Positions 28,043 through 38,629 of a DNA stretch of 64,000 bases are shown in pieces. The notes below the pieces were generated by a model. That model was not told the DNA's origin. It saw only the letters and a list, made by a program, of their open reading frames with translations, and did not search any database. Origin of the DNA: an uncultured Chloroflexia bacterium (GTDB lineage Bacteria; Chloroflexota; Chloroflexia; Thermomicrobiales; UBA6265); contig CAVRUC010000013.1 of NCBI GenBank assembly GCA_963724295.1, positions 512,001 through 576,000 of the forward strand. The letters are read 5' to 3'. Made by a program: the position numbers and the translations under genes. Position 1 is the first letter of the stretch. Each line of letters begins with the position of its first letter.

Positions 28043-28211
28043 TTTGGCCGCCTATCGTGTGGAGCGCTGATAGTAGGGACAGAGTACGGATTAGAACGGC
28101 GGAACGCAAGGTTCGCCACGGGATTCAACTCTCAAGCCCGACACATTGGAGGCGTCGAACGCTCGATCAGGATAGTTGGCTCCAATCGGCCAACGCCCCT
28201 TCCAGTTGAGG

Positions 28212-29198
28212 TTACGAGAACCACGAAAAATCAGGCGGGAACCGTGAGAAGATGAGCAGAAGCAACACGTACAGCGCCACAACAATGGCGATACCGAGCA
28301 CGGTGCGTTGCCGCGTCTCGCTGCCGGCCGGCTGCGTCCACCAGCCAAAGCGACCGCTGACCCACGGAGCCACCCAGTTCAGAATCACCACGCTGGAGAG
28401 GTTGGCGCCAAACAAGCCTAGGAAGAATGGCCATCCAAACCGCCCTATCAGAATCGGATTCAGCACGAAATACCCGAAGAGAAAGACGACCGGGTAGAGC
28501 GCCAGCAGCGTCAGCATGTTCAGCTTCCAGATCGGCGCATGGGCGGCGCCCGCTACCCGGAACCACTGATCGAACCCGGTGCGGACCTTGCGGGCGTGCA
28601 CTCCCGCTGAGAACCCTGTCGCCTCATCGAGCAGCTTTTGGCGCTCGGGAGAGTTCAACCAGGCGTCGAGGTGGGCCTCGGTGTCGAACGTCAGGATCGT
28701 CACCCAATCATCCTGGACGCCGGGGATCGGCGGATTGAGCCGGTGGCCCTGGAATCCGGGGTATTGTGTCTCCGCCGCGGTGATGCGCTGGTTCCAGACG
28801 CGATATGCCTCCTCTTGACCCGGTTTGATCTCCATCGAGATGACCGCTGAAACCTCATCGGTCGGCTGCGCTGCCTCATCGCCTTCGATGATGTGCACGT
28901 CGTCCCGGCCGATCAGCATCGGCTGCGCGGTCTCCACCAAGCTGAGTCGCTCTTTGGAGCGGAGCCAGGCTTGCGCCTGCTCGCCGGTCGCAAACTTTTG
29001 CAGGATGACCCAGTCAACCTGCTTGGGTGGGTCGGGTGGAATCACCTGGTGATCGATGAACCCCGGAAAGCCGGCCACGACGTCGCTGATACGCTGTTGC
29101 CATTCGGCAAAGTCGTCGTTACGGTCCGGCAGTACGCGCGTCTGTGTAACGATGGTGACCGGCCTGGTGGTTGCCGGTGCGGTAGGCGACGAAGCCAC
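28212..29198 (-). CDS. Tandem ABM-domain membrane protein
   Basis: Two repeats (FPGF/YPGF...W..S.ER) followed by three TM helices; AAAGGA RBS. Confidence 0.85.
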   Translation of the reverse strand: MASSPTAPATTRPVTIVTQTRVLPDRNDDFAEWQQRISDVVAGFPGFIDHQVIPPDPPKQVDWVILQKFATGEQAQAWLRSKERLSLVETAQPMLIGRDDVHIIEGDEAAQPTDEVSAVISMEIKPGQEEAYRVWNQRITAAETQYPGFQGHRLNPPIPGVQDDWVTILTFDTEAHLDAWLNSPERQKLLDEATGFSAGVHARKVRTGFDQWFRVAGAAHAPIWKLNMLTLLALYPVVFLFGYFVLNPILIGRFGWPFFLGLFGANLSSVVILNWVAPWVSGRFGWWTQPAGSETRQRTVLGIAIVVALYVLLLLIFSRFPPDFSWFS

Positions 29199-29367
29199 GG
29201 GAAATCCTTTCTGAGTGGCCGCCAGGTCGGCCCAGGTGCCTCCCAGAGCACGATCTGGGCTCTTCCTGGACAGCCCTCGGCCGCGGTCGACGACTCTCCG
29301 CGGTCGCGACCATCAGCACGGTCCGACGTGTCACGAGTTGTCAGAAACCAGATTGAATCTTGCCGAC

Positions 29368-29446
29368 ACGCTACACCGGCACTATCCGTTGTCAAGTCCC
29401 AAATATGCTGCCGCACACTTGCGTTCCGTCAATTTCAGGTGTAGCG
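29368..29446. promoter_or_regulatory. Putative divergent sigma70-type promoters
   Basis: Minus strand TTGACA-16-TAGCGT and plus strand TTGCGT-17-TAGCGT; both contain GGTGTAGCGT. Confidence 0.5.
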
Positions 29447-29641
29447 TTGCGTCACGTTTCAAATTAGCGGGGCGCACACGCTCGTTGCCGACCTGGTCGG
29501 AATCAGGCTCGTTGCGTGCGACGGCGCCCGCACCCATGTGATGTGGCGGCCGGCGTGGCCCGGAAATCGGGACCACGGTTCGTTGTCGAATGTACGAAGT
29601 CAATACACCGGGCGTTCGACAACACTCCGAGAGGATCAGGC

Positions 29642-30490
29642 ATGAACCTGAATACGATCGAAGAGGTGCGCAGCGCCGCCGCCGTCGATGGCGGCGACGT
29701 CCGGTGGCGGGAGGGGGATAGCTGGCTGGCGGGTGGAACCTGGCTCTTCTCCGAGCCGCAGCCGCACCTGCGCCGCCTGCTTGACCTGCGCGCCCTCGAC
29801 TGGCCGGCGCTGGAGGTCGATGACGATGGCCTGCGCATTGCCGCCACCTGCACCGTCGCCGACCTTTACGCGTTCCCCGGGCGACCGGACTGGCCGGCGT
29901 CGTTCCTGATCGATGAGTGCTGCCGTGCGTTCCTCGCGTCGTTCAAGATCTGGAACACGGCCACCGTCGGCGGCAACATCTGCATGTCCCTGCCGGCGGG
30001 TCCGATGATCTCGCTCGCGACGTCCCTGGAAGGGATCTACACCCTGAGGTCACTCGACGGCAGCGAGCGCCAGGTCCCGGCCATCGAGTTCGTCATCGGC
30101 AATCATCAGAACGTGCTCCTGCCGGGTGAGCTGCTGCGCACGATCGAGCTCCCCGCCTCGGCGCTGCGGAAGCGTGCGGCATTTCGCCGGGTGTCGCTGA
30201 CCCACATGGGGCGCTCGACCGCGCTCGTGATCGGCACGGCCGCTTCGCCGGATGCGACGTTCGTGCTGACCGTGACCGCGGCCACTCCCTACCCTGTGCA
30301 GCTGACATTCCCCGAGGTCCCTGATGCCCGCACCCTGCGGGAGCGCCTCCAGGAAGAGATTCCGGATAGTGGGTACTTCGACGACGTCCACGGATCGCCG
30401 GACTACCGCAAGCACATGACGCACTACTTCGCCGAGCAGATTCGGGCCGAGCTGGCAGGCGAGGGTGGCAGGGTGATGGGTGATGGGTGA
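29642..30490 (+). CDS. Xanthine dehydrogenase family FAD-binding subunit
   Basis: LAGGTWL and ATVGGNIC motifs. Confidence 0.9.
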   Translation: MNLNTIEEVRSAAAVDGGDVRWREGDSWLAGGTWLFSEPQPHLRRLLDLRALDWPALEVDDDGLRIAATCTVADLYAFPGRPDWPASFLIDECCRAFLASFKIWNTATVGGNICMSLPAGPMISLATSLEGIYTLRSLDGSERQVPAIEFVIGNHQNVLLPGELLRTIELPASALRKRAAFRRVSLTHMGRSTALVIGTAASPDATFVLTVTAATPYPVQLTFPEVPDARTLRERLQEEIPDSGYFDDVHGSPDYRKHMTHYFAEQIRAELAGEGGRVMGDG

Positions 30491-30650
30491 TAGGTGTCAG
30501 GGTCGCAGGGTCGCAGGGTCGCAGGGTGGCTGGGTCGCAGGGAGAACCAGCCCGCCACCTCGCCACCCTGCCACCCTGCCACCGTGAGCGCAGCGAACAA
30601 ATACCCTGCCACCACGAGCGCAGCGAGTAATCACCACGAGCGGAGCGAGT
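30462..30650. repeat. Short tandem repeat element (GGGTGAT, GGGTCGCA, CCACCCTG, CACGAGCGCAGCGAG)
   Basis: Read directly; related element at about 36015-36132. Confidence 0.75.
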
Positions 30651-30651
30651 C

Positions 30652-33384
30652 ATGACCTATCACGTCAACGGCAAGACGTTCTCCGAAGAGCCGGCGGCCG
30701 GCCAGTGCCTGCGCACCTTCCTGCGCGAGCTAGGCTGGTTCGGTGTGAAGAAGGGATGTGACTCAGGCGACTGTGGCGCCTGCACGGTCTGGGTCGACGG
30801 TGTGCCGGTCCATAGCTGTCTCATCCCGGCCTACCGCGCCGAGAATCTGGAGGTCACGACCATCGAGGGGTTGGCCAGGGACGGCGAGCTGCATCCGATG
30901 CAGCGCCAGTTCCTCGAGGCACAGGGGTTCCAGTGCGGGTTCTGCACTGCTGGCATGATCATGACGGCGTCCACCTTCACCGCCGAGGATCTCCAGGATC
31001 TGCCCCGGCATCTCAAGGGCAACCTCTGCCGCTGCACCGGCTACCACGCTATCGAGGACGCGATCCATGGCGTTCGCACCGTCGAGGTGGATCAGCCCGG
31101 CACGGCTGTCGGATGCGGAGTCGGGGCCCCAGCTGGTCCTCAGGTCGTCACCGGCAAGGCCCGCTACACCCTCGACACCGCGATGGAGGGGATGCTCCAC
31201 CTGAAGGTGCTCCGCTCGCCGCACGCCCACGCCCGCATCGTCTCGATCGACAAGAGCGCCGCGCTCGAGGTGCCAGGCGTGCATGAGGTCTTCACCTGGG
31301 AGGACGTGCCGCGCAAGCTCTACACCACCTCCATCCATGAGGACTTCCGCGTCGACCCCAATGACACCTACATGCTCGACAACGTGGTGCGCTTCGTTGG
31401 GGAGCGCGTGGCCGCCGTCGTGGCCGAATCAGAGGCCGCCGCCGAGGAAGGGTGCCGCAAGATCGCGGTCGAGTACGAGCTCTTGCCGGCCGTCTTCGAT
31501 CCCGAGGAGGCGATGCGAGTAGGCGCTCCGGCCGTCCATGACAGGGGCGTGGACGCGTTCATTCGCAACCCGGAGCGCAACATCCTGATCGAAGTCCACG
31601 GTGGTGTCGGCGACGTCGACGCTGGTTTTGCCGGGGCGGACGTCATCCACGAAGGGACGTACTCGACGCATCGTGGCCAGCACGCGCACCTGGAGACGCA
31701 CTGCTCGATCGCCTGGGTCGACGAGGACAAGCGGCTGAATGTCCGCACCACGTCCCAGTCCCCGTTCATCTGTCGGGACAAACTCTGCTACTTGTTCGCC
31801 CTTGGTCGCCAAGACGTCCGTGTCTTCTGCGAGCGCGTGGGGGGCGGTTTCGGCGGCAAGCAGGAGGTGCTCACCGAGGATCTGACCGCGCTGGCCGCCA
31901 TGAAGACCGGCCGGCCAGTGCAGTGGGAGTTCACGCGCGAAGAGCAGTTCGTGGCCAGCACCTATCGTCACCCGATGCGGACGACGGTCAAGCTCGGGGC
32001 GAAGCAGGACGGCACGTTGACCGGCATCCAGCTCCGCATCGTCTCCAACACCGGCGCTTATGGGGGCCACGGCGGCGAGACCCTCTACCACGCCTGTAGT
32101 GAATCGGTCGCGCTCTATCGTTGCCCGAACAAGAAGATCGATGCCTACACGGTCTACACCAATACGGTGCCGTCGGGAGCCATCCGCGGCTACGGCGTGA
32201 CGCAAACGATCTATGCCGTCGAGAGCGCGATGGACGAGCTGGCCCGCGCGCTCGGCATGGATCCGTTCGAGCTGCGGCAGCGCAACGTCATCAAACCAGG
32301 CGACGCGATGGTCTCCCTGAGCGAGGAGGCGAGCGACGCCGAGATCGCCAGCTATGGGCTCGACCAGTGCGTCGACATCGTCCGCGGCGCCCTGGCGCGC
32401 GGGAACGGCGTGACGGCCCCGGACGGAGATGACTGGCTGATCGGGCGGGGGATCGCCTACGCCATGCACGATACCGCGCCCCCCACGGAGCACCGCTCCG
32501 AGGCCCGCATCACGCTGTTAGAGGACGGGACCTACGAGCTGGCCATCGGCACGGCGGAGTTCGGCAACGGCACCACGACCCAGCATGCGCAGATCACCGC
32601 CAGCTTGTTGGGCACGACGGTTTCCCGGGTACACGTCGTGCAGTCGGATACCGACCGCACCGGTTTCGATACCGGAGCCTTTGCCAGCACCGGCACGTCT
32701 GTCGCGAGCAAGGGGGTCGCTCTTGCCGCCGAGGCGCTGCGCGAGCGCATCCTCGAATTTGCCGCGACGCACACGCGGGTCCCCCGCGAGATGTGCCGGC
32801 TCGATGACGACGCCGTGATCTGCGGCGAAGTGCGACTATCGCTGGCCGATCTCCACCAGGCGGCGGAGGAAGCTGGGCATCTGCTGGCGCTCTCCCGCAA
32901 GGCGTACGGATCCCCCCGCAGCGTCGCCTTCAACGTCCATGGCTTCCGCATCGCGGTCCATCGCGTCACCGGCGAGATCACCATCTTGCAAAGCGTTCAT
33001 GCCGCTGACGCGGGCACGGTGATCAACCCGATGCAATTGCACGGACAGGTCGAGGGCGCGATATCGTGGGGGATTGGCTGGGCGCTCTACGAGCGGATCG
33101 TGATCGACGAGACTGGCAAGATCGTCAACCCGCAGTTCCGCAATTACCGCATCCCGGCCTACGCGGACATCCCGCGCAGCGAGGTCTATTTCGCGGATAC
33201 GTGTGACCCGACTGGCCCGCTCGGAGCCAAGGGAATGGGCGAGTGCCCCATCAACCCGATCGCCCCGGCCCTGGCCAACGCCCTGGAGGACGCCACCGGC
33301 ATCCGCTTCCGCGAACTGCCATTCCGCCCCGATTCCATCTACCGGCCGATCTTCGAGAAGCACGGAGCGGCTGTGGTTTCCTGA
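30652..33384 (+). CDS. Xanthine dehydrogenase family fused 2Fe-2S plus molybdopterin-binding subunit
   Basis: [28 protein letters not shown] and AKGMGE motifs. Confidence 0.95.
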   Translation: MTYHVNGKTFSEEPAAGQCLRTFLRELGWFGVKKGCDSGDCGACTVWVDGVPVHSCLIPAYRAENLEVTTIEGLARDGELHPMQRQFLEAQGFQCGFCTAGMIMTASTFTAEDLQDLPRHLKGNLCRCTGYHAIEDAIHGVRTVEVDQPGTAVGCGVGAPAGPQVVTGKARYTLDTAMEGMLHLKVLRSPHAHARIVSIDKSAALEVPGVHEVFTWEDVPRKLYTTSIHEDFRVDPNDTYMLDNVVRFVGERVAAVVAESEAAAEEGCRKIAVEYELLPAVFDPEEAMRVGAPAVHDRGVDAFIRNPERNILIEVHGGVGDVDAGFAGADVIHEGTYSTHRGQHAHLETHCSIAWVDEDKRLNVRTTSQSPFICRDKLCYLFALGRQDVRVFCERVGGGFGGKQEVLTEDLTALAAMKTGRPVQWEFTREEQFVASTYRHPMRTTVKLGAKQDGTLTGIQLRIVSNTGAYGGHGGETLYHACSESVALYRCPNKKIDAYTVYTNTVPSGAIRGYGVTQTIYAVESAMDELARALGMDPFELRQRNVIKPGDAMVSLSEEASDAEIASYGLDQCVDIVRGALARGNGVTAPDGDDWLIGRGIAYAMHDTAPPTEHRSEARITLLEDGTYELAIGTAEFGNGTTTQHAQITASLLGTTVSRVHVVQSDTDRTGFDTGAFASTGTSVASKGVALAAEALRERILEFAATHTRVPREMCRLDDDAVICGEVRLSLADLHQAAEEAGHLLALSRKAYGSPRSVAFNVHGFRIAVHRVTGEITILQSVHAADAGTVINPMQLHGQVEGAISWGIGWALYERIVIDETGKIVNPQFRNYRIPAYADIPRSEVYFADTCDPTGPLGAKGMGECPINPIAPALANALEDATGIRFRELPFRPDSIYRPIFEKHGAAVVS

Positions 33385-33574
33385 CGTCGGAGGCTGAGAC
33401 GGCCTATGGCGAGGTGAACCGGTCGTCACCGGATCGCATGTGGATTGAGGGGCTTGACGGCCGCCTCATCAGCTGAAATGATCACGCGGCACTTAATTTA
33501 CTCTTCAGGGTCAGGCGGGGATCCGCCATGAGCATGTTCCCGTCATGCTGCCCACAATCCGGTGGAGGTGCGTT

Positions 33575-35440
33575 ATGGCTCGGCTGATCTCGCGACTCGT
33601 CCTCCTCGTCTCGCTCGTTGCCGTGCTGCTTGGAGTGGCTCCGGCCTCCACACTCGGCCAGGACGCCACCCCAATGGCGGCTGCCCTGCCAGACGGCGTC
33701 ACCATTGTCGCCAACGGCCTGGACAACCCGCGCAACTTCACCTGGGATGAAGCGGGCGAGCTCTACCTGTCCATTGCTGGTATCGGAGGCCCGAGCATGG
33801 GCGACGTCGGCGGCTCACCCAGCGGTTTGACTGGTGGTCCGACCGCCAGCGTCGTGACGGTCGCTGACGGATGCGCCACCGTCGTGAGCGGAGAGCTCCC
33901 ATCCAGCCTCTGGGAAGGCGTCGGCTGGGTCTGGGGTACTGCCGACGTCGCATTCCTCGATGGCCAGCTGTACCAGCTTGCCGCCGGCGGTGGTTCGGAT
34001 TTCGGGAACTTCGACACGCCGGCTGGTATTTATCGCATCGAAGACGATGGCTCCTCGACGCTCGTGGCTGATTTCTCCGCCTGGTCGCGCGAGAACATGC
34101 CCGAGTTCGTCCCGCCGGACTTCAACGCGGACGGGTCGTTGATCGACATGGCCGCTGCCGACGGCAAGCTCTGGGTCGCCGACGCGGTCTCCGGGCGGAT
34201 CATCACCGTCACACCGGAAGGCGAGATCACGCTATTCAAGGATTATTCTGTCGATCATCCCGTGCCGACGGGCATTGTTCCGGACGGGGAGGGTGGGCTG
34301 TACGTCGGCAATCTCACCGCAATCCCCTATCCGATTGGCGCGGCCAAGGTGGTCCAGATTGCGGCGGATGGAACCGTGGAGGACATCTGGACCGGACTGA
34401 CCGCCGTGACAAGTCTGGCGATGGGACCGGATGGGGCGCTCTATGCGTCCGAGCTGGTTTCGGAAGCGATGGAGGACGACCCCTTCCTGGCGCCAAACAC
34501 CGGTCGCGTGGTGCGCCAGACCGGGCCGGACAGCTTTGAAGCGGTGGTCACCGATCTGCCCTACCCCGTTTCGATCGGATTCGATGCGGATGGCGCGCTC
34601 TACATTGCTGTCCCGGCATTCGGGACGGGAACGGGTGAGGGGCAGGGAGCGCTGCTGCGGGTCGATCCCTCGGTCGCGATGCCAGTCTCCCTCGCCGGTG
34701 TGGATCTGACGACATCGACCTGTGCGGGTCAAGCCGCCGACCAGGCAAGTGCCACGCCCGGGATGGAAGGCGCGGGCGCCACACCTGAGAGTGCAGCCAC
34801 GGCCACGGAGATGACCCAACTCCTCAGCGTTCCCCTGGCCGATCAGACGATGAGTGCGGATGAAACCCTTGGCGTCACCCGCATCTCGTTCGACGCTGGG
34901 GGAAGTCAGCAAGCCAGCGCGGGCGGTGGCGCCAGCGTCTACTTTGTCGAAGACGGCACCGTCTCGCTCCTTCCAGCCGAAGACTCGCCCGCATCCCTCG
35001 TCGTGCGTGCTGGCATGGACGCTTCAGCGGCACCGGAGTCGATCGAGGCCGGCGGGGAAGCCACCCTTGAGGCGGGCGACGGGGTCATCCTGCCCGCCGG
35101 TAGTAGCGCAGAACTGCGGAATGCGGGAGATGCGCCGGCCACCGTCCTCCGCTTACTTGCCGCCGGCGATGCCGGCGCCGATGCCGAGACCGGCGTCTCG
35201 CGGGCGGTGCTGGTGCGTGATGTAGAAGCGCCCGGGGCGCCGGCGTCGCTCACGCTCCAGCAGACGACGCTGCCGGCCGGCGGTCAGTTGCCATACCCGC
35301 CCGCTCCGGTGCAAGCGATTGTGGCCGCACTGGACCGGGGGCAGGCGGTCTACCTCAGCATGGGCTCGGCCGGTGTCGCAACCAACCGCAGTCCCAATCC
35401 CATGGAGATTTATCTGGTGACTCTCGAACCCGCGAAGTAG
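33575..35440 (+). CDS. Exported ScyD/ScyE family beta-propeller with C-terminal cupin-like domain
   Basis: GLDNPR, HPVPTGI, LYVGNL and GPDGALY motifs; GGAGG RBS. Confidence 0.82.
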   Translation: MARLISRLVLLVSLVAVLLGVAPASTLGQDATPMAAALPDGVTIVANGLDNPRNFTWDEAGELYLSIAGIGGPSMGDVGGSPSGLTGGPTASVVTVADGCATVVSGELPSSLWEGVGWVWGTADVAFLDGQLYQLAAGGGSDFGNFDTPAGIYRIEDDGSSTLVADFSAWSRENMPEFVPPDFNADGSLIDMAAADGKLWVADAVSGRIITVTPEGEITLFKDYSVDHPVPTGIVPDGEGGLYVGNLTAIPYPIGAAKVVQIAADGTVEDIWTGLTAVTSLAMGPDGALYASELVSEAMEDDPFLAPNTGRVVRQTGPDSFEAVVTDLPYPVSIGFDADGALYIAVPAFGTGTGEGQGALLRVDPSVAMPVSLAGVDLTTSTCAGQAADQASATPGMEGAGATPESAATATEMTQLLSVPLADQTMSADETLGVTRISFDAGGSQQASAGGGASVYFVEDGTVSLLPAEDSPASLVVRAGMDASAAPESIEAGGEATLEAGDGVILPAGSSAELRNAGDAPATVLRLLAAGDAGADAETGVSRAVLVRDVEAPGAPASLTLQQTTLPAGGQLPYPPAPVQAIVAALDRGQAVYLSMGSAGVATNRSPNPMEIYLVTLEPAK

Positions 35441-35572
35441 ACAGTCGTGCGCCAACGGCGCCACTTCATCGGTTAGGCGCGAGGAGCCCTTGAACCATCG
35501 TCGTTTCGAGGCTCCTCGTAGCCCTCGGCGGATGCCGCGCACACGCGAATCGACGATCGGAGTGGATGCGCC

Positions 35573-35998
35573 ATGACCACAGTGCTCGGTGAGCGTGACC
35601 CCCGCGCAGGGGTAATCTCGCAGTCTGATCTCCGATTCCTGCGTATCATGCTGGGACTGCAGGTAGCCCTTGGTCTGCTATGGGGCGTCTCGATGCTCTT
35701 CTTTGCCCGCCAGATCGTGCTGGGCTCACCCGACGGCCCGCATATCGAAAAGATCGCCATGGAGGGCGCGGCCCACATGATGCTCGTCTTCGGCGCCATC
35801 CTCGTCTGGCGAGCCCCACAGCGCTCCCGGGACGTTCTCCTGCTGATGATCTTCCTCAACGGGCTGTGGACGCTGACCGACCTCGTCTACATTCCGCTGC
35901 TCGGCCTGAGCGAGATCGACTTCTACGCGAAGGTGATCGTCAACGCCATCCTCGCCATCGGGCTGGCGCTCTCCGGTCGCCGCGCAGGAATCCTCTAG
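35573..35998 (+). CDS. Four-TM membrane protein
   Basis: Four hydrophobic segments; GGAG RBS. Confidence 0.7.
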   Translation: MTTVLGERDPRAGVISQSDLRFLRIMLGLQVALGLLWGVSMLFFARQIVLGSPDGPHIEKIAMEGAAHMMLVFGAILVWRAPQRSRDVLLLMIFLNGLWTLTDLVYIPLLGLSEIDFYAKVIVNAILAIGLALSGRRAGIL

Positions 35999-36014
35999 CA
36001 CCCACGGCGAGGCA

Positions 36015-36132
36015 ATGGGTGACGGGTGATGGGCGATAGAGTAGTCCGAATTCCGGCGAGCGCCCCGGCTCATTCCCTGCCACCCTAGCACCACGAGCAA
36101 AGCGAGTAACCACCCCGTCACCCATCACCCCG
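36015..36132. repeat. Short tandem repeat element related to 30462-30650
   Basis: GGGTGACGGGTGATGGG...CACCACGAGCAAAGCGAGTAA...CCCGTCACCCATCACCC. Confidence 0.65.
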
Positions 36133-36174
36133 ACTCGATTGGGTAACGACGATTGAGCCCAGCTAGCCGCGGCG

Positions 36175-37268
36175 TCAGCTCGCCGCCACCTCCACGCGGA
36201 TGATCTCACCGGTCCCCTCGTCCGCACCAAACGCGGGCACGGCGACGTAGAGCCCCCATCGGGACCGAAGCCGAGCTCCACCGGGTAGTCGAGCCCGCTC
36301 GTCACGACCTCCTCCGTATCAGGACCGGTCTGACGGAGGATGCGCCCGCTGCCCTCCGTCAGGAATGGCTCGGCGTCGCTGGTCCGCGAGGACATCTCGG
36401 CCACGTACAACGCGCCATCCGGTCCGACCTCGAGACCGGTGACGGTTGTCAACCCCGTCCAGACGGTAATGGCCGTGCCGTCCGGGTCGACATGCCGGAC
36501 GGTGGCCGATCCTTCGACGTACGGCGCGGGCGTCAGGTCGGCGACGTAGGCGCCTCCGGCGGGATCGGCCGCAATCCCGCTCGGCACTGGATGCCCTTCC
36601 GAGAGATCCACGATCCGGGTGATCTCACCGGCGAGCGTGACTTGCAGCACCTGACCGTTCACCGAGTCCACGACCCAGAGCGCCTCACCAACCGGCGCCA
36701 TATCGAAAAAGGATCCGCCGTTCGGAGCGCCCTCGGGGGGCGTGTGGGCGACGGGGTTCGCGTCGACCCAGGTGCCCAGATCGGCTACGAGCGTGGCCGC
36801 GCCATCGGCGGTAATCAGGTACACACCACTCGGCTGATCGGGATTCCCGGCACCGGCGCCACCACCACCGACCAGGGCGTAGAGCTGATCGCCCAGAATA
36901 TCGACATCGTTGACGCCCCAGACCCAGTCGATATCGCGCCAGATGGCCGAGGCAAGCCCAGTAGCGAGCATCGTTACCTCACCGTCGCGGATGGTGGCAA
37001 CGCCCGCGGTCGGCCCCCCGTGGAAGGGCGAGCCTTCGGGACCAGGCGTGTCCCCGCCATTGCCGGCCAGACCGACGAACATCGTTCCATCGGCACCCCA
37101 GGTAAAGCCGCGCGGGTTGGTCAGCCCGCTGGCGACCACCTCGACCCCGTCCGGGAGTGCGCCGGCCGTGGGCGTCGCCTCCTGGGCACGGACGGCGAAC
37201 GGGGCTCCGCTCATCAGTAGGGTGACGATCAGGACGAGTGACAAGGAAACAGCAGACGTGCGGGACAT
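36175..37268 (-). CDS. Exported ScyD/ScyE family protein, frameshifted near 36255
   Basis: GLTNPRG, HPVPSGI and GPDGALY motifs. The true C-terminus LYVAVPAFGADEGTGEIIRVEVAAS* is in a shifted frame at a G-run. Confidence 0.82.
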
Positions 37269-37439
37269 GGCGAGGTCCTCCATTCAGACGAACACGAGTC
37301 CTGCTCGACGCCGGGACCGGCCGATCGACTCTGAGATTACGCTGGTATGAATATCCTAGATCCTTTTGATGAACTGTCAATGCCTCCGGCCGCTCAGGTC
37401 GACGCCGCGACCTTTCAACGCGAGAGCAACAGCAGAGAA

Positions 37440-37844
37440 TCAGGTTGAGATCGTCTTGTGCGGCCGGAACTCCCCATCGACGAAGGCCGGCCCCTCGACG
37501 CCCCAGCTCCACGACATACGCGGCCGGACGACGATGTACTCCATCGGTCCGAACCGGCCGTTGCGATGCTCGATCGCGGCCGTGCCGTGGATCTTCACCG
37601 CAACCGGGTCCATGGGGTCGACGGAGGCGAGGCTGTCGACGATGAGCGACACCATGCCGCCCCCGGCCGCCACGTTCTTGTACTTACGCGACCCGGCGAG
37701 GTTCTGGTAGCTCCCGATCAGGATGTCGTCTCCATCCAGCTCGAAACCGACCACGTCGGCGTCAGGTTGGCCCAAAGGGGAGACGGTGGCGAGCCGGGCG
37801 AGGCGTTGCGAGCTAAGGTAGGCCCGCTCCTTTTCCGTGAACAT
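37440..37844 (-). CDS. PPOX-class F420-dependent oxidoreductase
   Basis: MFTEKERAYLSSQRLARLAT and SRKYKNV motifs. Confidence 0.85.
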   Translation of the reverse strand: MFTEKERAYLSSQRLARLATVSPLGQPDADVVGFELDGDDILIGSYQNLAGSRKYKNVAAGGGMVSLIVDSLASVDPMDPVAVKIHGTAAIEHRNGRFGPMEYIVVRPRMSWSWGVEGPAFVDGEFRPHKTIST

Positions 37845-37897
37845 GGCTCTCCTTCCGCGCCCGGCCGTTTCTCGCCAATGAGTGATGGAAGCGTGGG

Positions 37898-38257
37898 TCA
37901 GCCCCGCTTGGCGAACGTCTCCGCACCCATGATCTCGTACCCCACCACTGGCTCGTCGCCGATGACCCACCCGTCGTGCCCGGGAGGAATCTCGTAGACG
38001 TCTCCAGGGCCGAACTCCATCTCCGTTCCGTCTTCCATGCGGACGCCCAGGCGACCAGAGACCAGGTGACCCATGTGATGCGTCTGGCAGCTATCCGTGC
38101 CCGCTAGAGGCTTGACGTGCTCCGACCACCGCCACCCCGGCTCGAACTGGCTATTGGCGATGGCGAAATCGCCGAGCCGCACGATGTTGAATGACCCATG
38201 GGGAAAGCTCCGGGTCTCGTCGGGAGAACTCACATTTTTTCGCTGCAACGTCGCCAT
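37898..38257 (-). CDS. Cupin domain protein
   Basis: FEPGWRWSEHVKP, CQTHH and IPPGHDGW motifs. Confidence 0.9.
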   Translation of the reverse strand: MATLQRKNVSSPDETRSFPHGSFNIVRLGDFAIANSQFEPGWRWSEHVKPLAGTDSCQTHHMGHLVSGRLGVRMEDGTEMEFGPGDVYEIPPGHDGWVIGDEPVVGYEIMGAETFAKRG

Positions 38258-38289
38258 GATCGTCCTTTCTGTCGTTCCGCGCCGAACAG

Positions 38290-38592
38290 TTACTCTCGGA
38301 TGCCCCACTCCATCTCGATGTCCTCCCAGGTCGGTTCGCCCCCGAGGACCTCATTGGCACGCAGGTAAAACTGGTTCTGCTCTGGCAGCTCGGCCATCTG
38401 ACGGTAGGTCGCCTCGTCCTGGGTGAGGACGATGAAGACCACCTGCTCAGGCTGCCCGGCGCGATGGCCGAACAGCTCGACAACGGGACCGGGAATCTTG
38501 GGCCGAATCTCCCGTTTCCAGTCCTCCATCAATGCTTCGAACTTGGCCTGATCTCCGGACGTGATCGTTGCGTGGCCGATCGTCCCGAACAT
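38290..38592 (-). CDS. Small hypothetical protein (ABM/Dabb-like)
   Basis: MFGTIGH...YRQMAELPEQNQFY; AGGAG RBS. Confidence 0.7.
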   Translation of the reverse strand: MFGTIGHATITSGDQAKFEALMEDWKREIRPKIPGPVVELFGHRAGQPEQVVFIVLTQDEATYRQMAELPEQNQFYLRANEVLGGEPTWEDIEMEWGIRE

Positions 38593-38629
38593 TGCTCTCT
38601 CCTGTTTCACCAGCTAACGACGACATTGG

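Noticed and set aside
29535..29575. Xanthine (NMT1) riboswitch suggested by GCCCGGAAAT
   Set aside because: Only the 3' part resembles the motif as I recall it and the 5' conserved segment is missing. Kept only as a generic structured-leader candidate.
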